Shown here: positions 9,735 to 17,310 of the stretch, one piece after another | How the letters are laid out: each line of letters begins with the position of its first letter | Position numbering within the stretch: position 1 is the first letter of the stretch | Origin: Candidatus Poribacteria bacterium | Lineage (GTDB): Bacteria; Poribacteria; WGA-4E; PCPOR2b | Reading direction: 5' to 3' | Assembly (NCBI GenBank): GCA_965215015.1 | Contig: OZ244042.1 | Coordinates: 5,696,001-5,760,000 of the forward strand | DNA: 64,000 nucleotides | Position numbers and translations under genes: made by a program | The notes under the pieces: generated by a model | The model's database searches: none | What the model was told of the DNA's origin: nothing | Seen by the model: only the letters and a program-made list of their open reading frames with translations

Positions 9735-10601
9735 ATGTCTCGCATCGTACTAATGTTTGTGGTTTTGTGCATCCATTTTCTCAGCGTGTTGCCTAGCGAC
9801 GTTGATGCTAAAGCTCTCGCTTACTGGACATTTGATGACAAAAATGAATTAGGAAAGGACTCCTCGGGCTTTGACAACCACGGCGAGCCGAAAAAGGCTG
9901 CTGTCCATAATCTGAAAGGGAAAGTCGGTGGTGCCTTGAGACTGGACGGCACCTCATGGCTTGAAGTTCCGCATGATGACAGCCTCAACGCCAAGGAGCA
10001 GATTACCCTAATGTGTTGGGTAAATTTTGATGCCGGTGCCTTAGGGGAATCGAGCGAGGTGTCCTTGATTTACAAGAATGGCCCCTTTATATTAGAAGGG
10101 GATCAGAAAGATCGGCGATTCTGGACCTCCTATTCATTGGCAAAGCTTCGTCCAAGAAAGAAATTGGGCAGCTTTATATTTGAAGCCCAAATGACCGAGG
10201 GGCGTGTGTTTACAGCCCCCGGGGATAAAGAGCACCCCGAAGCAAACGAGTGGTATCACATTGCGGCGACCGCTGATGGCACAAAGGTTCGACTGTATAC
10301 CAACGGAGTGGAAAAAACCGTTGCCGACCAGAGGGGGGAATTTAAGCCTTCGGAGCAAGTGTTAACACTTGGCTTTGATTTACGCATTCCGCCTGAACGC
10401 GATGGATCTAAGCCCTATCATTTTGGATTGCTCGATGAAGTGATTATTCTCGATAGGGCAATAACCCAAGCCCAAGTCAAAGAAGCGATAGAGTTAGGCG
10501 AAAAAGGGAAGTCGCTCGACAATTTTCAACTGCTCTTTGACGTTGCCCCCCAAGGCAAACTGGCTGTTAAATGGGGGGAACTTAAAGCAAGAAACAAGTG
10601 A
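9735..10601 (+). CDS. Secreted LamG/ConA-like domain protein, copy 2
   Basis: ATG 9735 after AAGGAGG; same scaffold; tail FDVAPQGKLAVKWGELK. Confidence 0.88.
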   Translation: MSRIVLMFVVLCIHFLSVLPSDVDAKALAYWTFDDKNELGKDSSGFDNHGEPKKAAVHNLKGKVGGALRLDGTSWLEVPHDDSLNAKEQITLMCWVNFDAGALGESSEVSLIYKNGPFILEGDQKDRRFWTSYSLAKLRPRKKLGSFIFEAQMTEGRVFTAPGDKEHPEANEWYHIAATADGTKVRLYTNGVEKTVADQRGEFKPSEQVLTLGFDLRIPPERDGSKPYHFGLLDEVIILDRAITQAQVKEAIELGEKGKSLDNFQLLFDVAPQGKLAVKWGELKARNK

Positions 10602-10688
10602 AACGGACCAATAACACAATTTGATACCATCTATCTCCCTCGAGCAAAGATGGGCAGATAGATTGTTTCGATGAAAGGAGTGTTATCA

Positions 10689-11549
10689 ATGTCTCGACGA
10701 TTAATCGTTTTGAGCTGTGCCATCATTTACTGTCTCTGCTTCCCCCTGATGGCTGTTGATGCCAAGGTACTCGGCTATTGGGCTTTCAATAGCAAAAATG
10801 AACTTGGCGAGGATTCGGGTCCATTCCGCAACGATGGAGAGGTGAAAGGAGAAGGAACTGCCGAATGGATTGCAAAAGGCAAGGTGGGGGGCGGATTGAA
10901 GCTAAGTAACGGGTGGCTTGAAGTCCCTCACGATGATAGTCTCAACGTGAAGGACCAGATTACGCTGATGTGTTGGGTTCAATTTAGTGGCGATGGCGAT
11001 CCATTTGGCGGCACAGGCCGGGATCAGTCCCTCGTTTGGAAGAATGGTCCATTTGCCACAAACAGGCGGTTTTGGACCTCTTATGCCTTGCGGGTATGGC
11101 GCAGGCATACCAACTTTGGTAGCTTCGGGTTTGATGCCAACTTGACAGAGGGTCGGAGTGCAACAGCAGATCCGGACTTTCCTGACCCAGGGGATGCGGA
11201 CAAAACGTGGTATCACATTGCGGGTGTCGCCGATGGGACAGACATCCGGATTTATACTAACGGAAAACTGAAGCAAGCTGTCATACAACGAGGGGAATTT
11301 CAAGCAACAGATCTTCCCTTAACGATTGGCTACGATTTACGCCACGGTTTGCTAGCCGGGCGTGAGTTTTTCTTGGGAATTATTGATGAAGTGGTGGTGG
11401 TTGATAAGGCACTGACCGAGGCGCAGATTAATGGAGCGATGGAGTTGGGTAAAAACGGGAAGTCGCTTGAAGGGTACAATCCTGTCTTCGCTGTTGAACT
11501 CGAAGGTAAATTAGCCACCCAATGGGGTGAGATTAAAGAGACGAAGTAA
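10689..11549 (+). CDS. Secreted LamG/ConA-like domain protein, copy 3
   Basis: ATG 10689 after AAGGAG; tail FAVELEGKLATQWGEIK. Confidence 0.88.
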   Translation: MSRRLIVLSCAIIYCLCFPLMAVDAKVLGYWAFNSKNELGEDSGPFRNDGEVKGEGTAEWIAKGKVGGGLKLSNGWLEVPHDDSLNVKDQITLMCWVQFSGDGDPFGGTGRDQSLVWKNGPFATNRRFWTSYALRVWRRHTNFGSFGFDANLTEGRSATADPDFPDPGDADKTWYHIAGVADGTDIRIYTNGKLKQAVIQRGEFQATDLPLTIGYDLRHGLLAGREFFLGIIDEVVVVDKALTEAQINGAMELGKNGKSLEGYNPVFAVELEGKLATQWGEIKETK

Positions 11550-11623
11550 GGGTTGTCTGTGTCTAAAACCAAACACACGCGTTCGTTACCTAAATTGACT
11601 TTAAGATGAAAGGAGAATGTCCA

Positions 11624-12481
11624 ATGTTTCGTGTCGTTTTAAGTGCTGGGATTTTGCTAATCTGCCTTTTGTGTTGTTCGACGATGAGTGCTGACGCGAA
11701 AGTCCGCGGTTATTGGGCTTTCAACAGCAAAAACGAACTTGGCGAGGATTCCTCTCCAAACCGCAACGATGGAGAAATAAAGGGCGACGGTTCAGGGGAG
11801 TGGATTGCAAAAGGCAAGGTCGGGGGCGGGTTGAATCTAAATAATGCTTGGCTTGAAGTCCCTCATGATGACAGTCTTAACCTGAAGGATCAGGCAACCC
11901 TTATGTGTTGGGTCAAATTTGCCAACCCCGGCGATTTTGCTGCTGGCGGTGGTCGGGAGCAGTCCTTGATTTGGAAGTATGGACCTTTTGAAACCAACAA
12001 GCAATTTTGGGCATCTTATGCCTTGCGCGTGTGGCGTCCCAAATCGAACTTCGGTAGCTTTGGATTTGACGCTAATATGACGGAGGGACGCAGCGCGGCA
12101 GTCGATCCAAAATTTCCTGAACAAGGCGACATAGAGAAAACATGGTATCACATCGCAGCGGTCGCTGATGGTACGGAAATCCGAGTCTATACCAACGGTA
12201 AAGAGGTGGGAAAGGGAGCTCAAAGGGGTGAGTTTCAGGCTTCCGACCTCCCTCTAACGATTGGCCACGACTTACGTCCCATATTAGTACATCATGCTTT
12301 TGTGAACGGTATCATGGATGAGGTTGTGGTCGCTGACAAGGCACTGACCGCTGCCGAAATCAACACAGCAATGGAATTGGGCGAAAAGGGGAAGTCAATT
12401 GAGGGATTCAATCCCATCTTTGCTGTTGAACCCGAGGACAAATTAGCCACCCAATGGGGCGCGATTAAAGAGACAAGGTAA
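11624..12481 (+). CDS. Secreted LamG/ConA-like domain protein, copy 4
   Basis: ATG 11624 after AAGGAG; tail FAVEPEDKLATQWGAIK. Confidence 0.88.
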   Translation: MFRVVLSAGILLICLLCCSTMSADAKVRGYWAFNSKNELGEDSSPNRNDGEIKGDGSGEWIAKGKVGGGLNLNNAWLEVPHDDSLNLKDQATLMCWVKFANPGDFAAGGGREQSLIWKYGPFETNKQFWASYALRVWRPKSNFGSFGFDANMTEGRSAAVDPKFPEQGDIEKTWYHIAAVADGTEIRVYTNGKEVGKGAQRGEFQASDLPLTIGHDLRPILVHHAFVNGIMDEVVVADKALTAAEINTAMELGEKGKSIEGFNPIFAVEPEDKLATQWGAIKETR

Positions 12482-12554
12482 CGGTTGTCTATGTCTACCC
12501 CCGTGAGGTACGCTCGTTGCCCAATCCGGCTTTGAGATGAAAGGAAAATTTTTA

Positions 12555-13409
12555 ATGTTTCGTGCCGTTTTAGGTATTTGGATTTTGTTAATCTGCCTTT
12601 TGTGGTGTTTGACGATGAGTGCTGACGCGAAAGTCCGCGGTTACTGGGCTTTCAATAGCAAAAAAGATATTGGCAAGGATTCGTCTCCAAATCGCAATCA
12701 TGGAGAACTAAAAGGTGAAGGTTCAGCGGAATGGATTGCAAGGGGCAAAGTTGGGGGCGGGATAAAATTTGATGGCAACTCTTGGCTTGAAGTGCCTCAC
12801 GATGATAGCCTCAACGTGAAGGATCAGATTACTCTGATGTGTTGGGCAAAATTTGGCAATCCCGGCGATTTTACAGGTGATGGTCGGGAGCAGTCCTTGA
12901 TTTGGAAGTATGGACCCTTTGAAACTAACAAGCGATTTTGGGCATCTTACGCTTTGCGCATATGGCGTCCCAAATCGAAATTCGGTAGTTTTGGATTTGA
13001 TGCCAATATGACGGAGGGACGCAGTGCAGTCGTTGATCCAAAATTTCCTGAAGTAGCTGACTTGGAAAAAAACTGGTATCACATTGCAGCGGTCGCTGAT
13101 GGTACGGAAATCCGAGTCTATACCAACGGTAAAGAAACAGCAAAAGGGCTCCAAAAGGGCGAGTTTCAGGCTTCCGACCTCCCTCTAACGATTGGCCATG
13201 ACTTGCGCCCCATATTAATACATTTTGCTTTTATGAACGGTATCATGGATGAGGTTGTGGTCGCTGACAAAGCACTGACCGCTGCCGAAATCAACACAGC
13301 AATGGAATTGGGCGAAGACGGCAAGTCAATTGAGGGATTCAATCCTATCTTTGCTGTTGAACCCGAGGACAAATTAGCCACCCAATGGGGCGCGATTAAA
13401 GCTTGGTAG
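12555..13409 (+). CDS. Secreted LamG/ConA-like domain protein, copy 5 (closest to copy 4)
   Basis: ATG 12555; long runs of DNA identity with copy 4; tail FAVEPEDKLATQWGAIK. Confidence 0.88.
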   Translation: MFRAVLGIWILLICLLWCLTMSADAKVRGYWAFNSKKDIGKDSSPNRNHGELKGEGSAEWIARGKVGGGIKFDGNSWLEVPHDDSLNVKDQITLMCWAKFGNPGDFTGDGREQSLIWKYGPFETNKRFWASYALRIWRPKSKFGSFGFDANMTEGRSAVVDPKFPEVADLEKNWYHIAAVADGTEIRVYTNGKETAKGLQKGEFQASDLPLTIGHDLRPILIHFAFMNGIMDEVVVADKALTAAEINTAMELGEDGKSIEGFNPIFAVEPEDKLATQWGAIKAW

Positions 13410-13527
13410 GGGTGGGGTCCCCCCTGCAGTGTTGTCCGGGGCGGTTGTTCCCTGATTCGCCGCGAGGTTCGGCAAACTCCCGGCATTCTCACGAACTCTA
13501 TCGCGACTACAGATAGGAGGGTAATCA

Positions 13528-14403
13528 ATGTTTCGTATTATGTTAGTTTTTGGCGTGCTGTTAATCTATCTTTTCTGCTGCTCCTTGACTAACACTGATG
13601 CCAAACTCCTCGGTTATTGGACTTTTGATGATAAAAATAAATTGGGCGAGGATTCCTCTCCAAACCGCAATCATGGAGAAACGAAAACGTTCGTCGGTGA
13701 AGTAAAATGGACGGACGAAGGCAAGGTGCGGGGAGGGATGCAACTACCGAATGGTCAAGAAACTTGGCTTGAGGTCCCTCATCATGAAAGCTTGAATGTG
13801 AAGACGGGGCAAATCACCATGATGTGTTGGGTCAAATTTACAGATCCCGGTGCTTTTACAGGTTTTGGTGAGGATGGCTCCTTGATTTGGAAAAATGCCC
13901 CTTTTGCGGAAAACAAGCGATTCTGGACCTCGTATGCCTTGCGGCTGTATCGCCCTGGGATTAATCGGGGGTCCTTCTCGTTTGATGCCAATATGACGGA
14001 AGCACGATCAGCGGCAATCGATCCAGATTTTCCGCTCGTTGTGGATGAATGGTATCACGTTGCAGGGACTGCTGATGGCACAATGGTTAGAATCTACACC
14101 AACGGAAAAGAGAAAGCCGTTGGTGATCAGCGGGGAGTATTCCAACCTTCTGATAATCCTTTGACAATCGGGTTCGATCTACGCGATCCGGACGAACCTG
14201 TTGCTCGCCACTTTCTGGGATTTGTTCGGGGTATCATGGATGAGGTGGTGATTTTAGACCAGGCGCTGACCGCAGGTCAAATCAAAGAAGCAATGGATTT
14301 GGGCGAAAACGGAAAGTCGCTTGAGGGCTTCCAGCCTGTCTTCGGAGTCGAACCTCAAGGCAAGTTAGCCATTAAATGGGGCGAGATTAAAAGGGTAAGG
14401 TAA
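13528..14403 (+). CDS. Secreted LamG/ConA-like domain protein, copy 6
   Basis: AGGAGG SD; same scaffold; tail FGVEPQGKLAIKWGEIK. Confidence 0.88.
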   Translation: MFRIMLVFGVLLIYLFCCSLTNTDAKLLGYWTFDDKNKLGEDSSPNRNHGETKTFVGEVKWTDEGKVRGGMQLPNGQETWLEVPHHESLNVKTGQITMMCWVKFTDPGAFTGFGEDGSLIWKNAPFAENKRFWTSYALRLYRPGINRGSFSFDANMTEARSAAIDPDFPLVVDEWYHVAGTADGTMVRIYTNGKEKAVGDQRGVFQPSDNPLTIGFDLRDPDEPVARHFLGFVRGIMDEVVILDQALTAGQIKEAMDLGENGKSLEGFQPVFGVEPQGKLAIKWGEIKRVR

Positions 14404-14467
14404 TTTAATCTTTGTTAGGATTTCAACACCGTAATGCGGTTAATTCGACTAACAGGAGGTACGATCA

Positions 14468-15322
14468 ATGTCTCGACGATTTATCATTTTTGGGGGAGTG
14501 CTCATCTGTCTTCTCGGTTCTTTTCTAATGGAGATTGATGCCAAGCTCCTCGGTTATTGGACATTTGATGTCAAAGCAAATGCACAGAGAGATTCTTCTC
14601 CAAATAACAACCATGGTGAATTCAAAGGGGGTGCCGCATGGACACCAAAGGGACAGGTCGCCGGCGGCGTTGTGCTTGATGAGGGAGCAGATTCCTACTT
14701 TGAGGTGCCTCATGACAACAGTCTCAATGCAGATGATCAGATAACGTTGATGTGTTGGGTCAGATTTACGGCAAACCATTTTGGCAGAGATCAGTCCTTG
14801 GTTTGGAAAAATGCGCCTTTCGCTGAGACGAACAAGCGGTTTTGGGCTTCCTATTCACTGCGGACGTTTCGTGAAGGGTTCAAGCTGGGGGGGTTCGCAT
14901 TTGATGCCAATACGGCAGACGGACGAACGGCCGCGGTAGATCCAGATTTTCTCGAAGTGAATAAGTGGTATCATGTCGCTGCAGTCGCCGATGGCAAGGA
15001 GGTCAGAGTTTATACCGACGCGAAAGAAAAAGTCGTTCAGGCACAGAGAGGGGCGTTTCAACCAACTGAATTCCCGTTGACTATTGGCTTTGATTTGCGG
15101 GACCCGGGAGCCGGCAAAGTCCGCCGGGATCAGTTGGGATATGTTCAGGGCATCATGGATGAAGTGGTGGTTCTCAGCCACGCCCTGACCCCTGCTCAGG
15201 TCAGAGAAGCCAAAGAGCTAGGAGACAGGGGAAAATCACTCGACAAATATGCTCCAGTCGCTGCGGTCGAACCTGCCGGCAAGATAGCCGTTAAATGGGC
15301 AGAGATTAAAGCGCGAAGATGA
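14468..15322 (+). CDS. Secreted LamG/ConA-like domain protein, copy 7
   Basis: AGGAGG SD; same scaffold; tail AAVEPAGKIAVKWAEIK. Confidence 0.88.
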   Translation: MSRRFIIFGGVLICLLGSFLMEIDAKLLGYWTFDVKANAQRDSSPNNNHGEFKGGAAWTPKGQVAGGVVLDEGADSYFEVPHDNSLNADDQITLMCWVRFTANHFGRDQSLVWKNAPFAETNKRFWASYSLRTFREGFKLGGFAFDANTADGRTAAVDPDFLEVNKWYHVAAVADGKEVRVYTDAKEKVVQAQRGAFQPTEFPLTIGFDLRDPGAGKVRRDQLGYVQGIMDEVVVLSHALTPAQVREAKELGDRGKSLDKYAPVAAVEPAGKIAVKWAEIKARR

Positions 15323-15410
15323 ACTTTGTCTGCTACTTTTTTGCCTTCTGACGTATGTCGCAAAACAAGTGAGCGTAATCGGGGCTAGATTGTTGTGACG
15401 TAGAAATTCC

Positions 15411-15440
15411 TTGACAAGCCAACCGCGTTCGATGTAGACT
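15411..15440 (+). promoter_or_regulatory. Sigma70-type promoter ahead of the partial tRNA-Leu copy
   Basis: TTGACA (15411)-18 nt-TAGACT (15435). Confidence 0.5.
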
Positions 15441-15521
15441 GTAGCAGTTGTTATTAATAGAGTGGCAAAAGAATTCGCCGGGATGTTGGAATTGGTAGAC
15501 AAACTAAATTCAGAATATAGT
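15438..15521 (+). repeat. Degenerate direct repeat of the tRNA-Leu leader and 5' half (att-like scar)
   Basis: actgtagcagttgtta...ggcaaaagaattcgccgggatgttggaattggtagacaa.cta.attcag.at.tagt matches 17126-17206; lacks the T-arm and 3' acceptor strand. Confidence 0.85.
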
Positions 15522-15701
15522 TTGACGCATACCTTTTTCAAAATGTGAGTGAATCCAGTCATTTGGAATAGTGGCTGTGATTTGCTAAAGATGAACGACT
15601 GGTGTCTCAGGTGAATCATCGCTATTTCAATTATAGTCTCGTCTCGATTTTGAATCGGGATCAGAGCGTCTAAAATCTGTTTTTTTCCGAAGAAGGAAAA
15701 C

Positions 15702-17080
15702 ATGAGACGCGAATTTTTCAACAGCCGCTTTTTAATTATCTTGGGAGGACTTCTGGTTATTGGCGGGTATTACCTGTTCCAGCGAGAAAGGAATCCAGAA
15801 GGTCCTCCTCCTAAACAGTTTCAGTCCCCGATTGAGGACAAGCACTCATCCAGTCAAAGCCTGTCCCAGATTGTGAATGGGACAGAGAAGCGAGAGCCCC
15901 CTGCTCGGATTAAATCTGTTCACTCCCATCAGCCATTTTCCGTAGATTCTTCAGATGTAGACACTTTACGTATTCCCCCTTCAAAGCTAGAACGGATAGA
16001 TGCGCTATATGCGAGTCTGCCCTATGCCCAGGCTAAAGAGAAAGCGGTTGAGGTTCTAACAGAGGGGATGGACACGCTCAGTGCGGCCAAGCATCTGAAA
16101 GACCTGAACAAGTATGGTCTCGTAGTCGGTTTGTCTGATTACGTCCGCGAACATGCAGACAGAGCCCTGGCCGAGAATCCTGGCTCCTTTGAGGCACTGC
16201 TCCTCTGGACTCAACTCCGCCCTCCCGAACAGGCTGCCGAAAGGGAAGCTGGTTTTCGGAAATTACTCCGGATGAATCCCAATTCGGTTGAGGCGTTAGT
16301 TGGATTAGGCACCCGGCTTGCTTTTGAGGGCAGACCTGAAGAAGCACTGGGACCCCTCGAAAAAGCAAGCCGGCTTGACCCAGGGAGGCCCCCATCCATA
16401 TTAGGATTAACTTATGAACTACTTGGCCAATATGATAAGGCATTAGTTGCCCTCAAACAATCGTATAAAATGACACGCTCACCGGTAGAACTAGCTCATA
16501 TTCGAGCTATCGAAGCCGGGGACCCTCTCTGGAAGCCGCAAAGGTGTGAGTCTTTTGGACAACCCCCGGAGTCATCTTCTCCTGAAACGTCCTCTGAATC
16601 TCCACCCCAAGAAGATGTCCTTCCCATTCCCGATACGCCTTCGGGTTTGATTTGAAAGGTGAAACAGGCTTTGATGACCAGCTAAGGGACATCACGCCGC
16701 CACGCGAAGACAGAGGCGTAACCGCAGCAGAACAACAAGCCATCGAGGAGCTAATTCAGATTATTGAAGAATACGAAGCGTCGTTAAGCAGCCCGTCAGT
16801 TCCATCCGCTGCCGTTGAGGGACGGATAACGGATTTGGAGCGTTCTATTGAATCCCGACCCAATCGGGCGGAGAGTTATCTAAAGTTGGAGCGGGCTTAC
16901 CAAGAAGCGGGCGAGGATAAGAAAGCCGCCGAAGTGTACCGCCGGGCAAGGGAGCGTTTCCCGGAATCGGAGCGGGTGCGGCGGAAATTGGAGGCATTCC
17001 GGAATGAGCGTGAGCGTCCAAGGGAACGCAATGATGAGGATGATTCATATTCTGATGAAGCCGAAGAGGCGGAGCAATAA
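15702..17080 (+). pseudogene. Membrane-anchored TPR protein, frameshifted by a 5-bp duplication (ORFs 15702-16655 and 16652-17080)
   Basis: N-terminal TM, TPR repeats (SVEALVGLG, YELLGQYDKALVAL). TTTGA-TTTGA at 16646-16655; removing one copy fuses the two ORFs into a protein colinear with 30095-31402. Confidence 0.8.
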
Positions 17081-17161
17081 ACCTATCCCTCGACTATCCG
17101 GGAGTGGTAAAAGTTCATCGGTTTAACTGTAGCAGTTGTTAAACCGGCGGCAAAAGAATTC

Positions 17162-17247
17162 GCCGGGATGTTGGAATTGGTAGACAAGCTAGATTCAGGA
17201 TCTAGTGGGCTCTTTCGCCCGTAGGGGTTCAAATCCCCTTCCCGGCA
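17162..17247 (+). tRNA. tRNA-Leu (anticodon CAG), CCA not encoded
   Basis: Acceptor GCCGGGA/TCCCGGC-A, D-loop GGAATTGGTA, anticodon arm CTAGA-TTCAGGA-TCTAG, long variable arm, T-arm AGGGG-TTCAAAT-CCCCT. Confidence 0.95.
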
Positions 17248-17256
17248 TTCATTACC

Positions 17257-17293
17257 AAAAGCGACGCCCATATTATGTGGCGTCGCTTTTTTT
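17257..17293. terminator. Bidirectional intrinsic terminator
   Basis: AAAAGCGACGCC-loop-GGCGTCGCTTTTTTT between the convergent tRNA and CDS. Confidence 0.8.
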
Positions 17294-17310
17294 ATTTAAC
17301 CCCTTCTCTT

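Noticed and set aside
13410-13515. Structured ncRNA in the GC-rich spacer between LamG copies 5 and 6
   Set aside because: Some short complementary segments, but no recognisable family motif or second copy; insufficient support.
8780-15322. Diversity-generating retroelement as the source of LamG loop variation
   Set aside because: No reverse transcriptase or template repeat in the window; differences include indels and non-adenine substitutions.
15477-15560. Second functional tRNA-Leu
   Set aside because: Similarity ends after the anticodon arm, which is mismatched; there is no T-arm or 3' acceptor strand.
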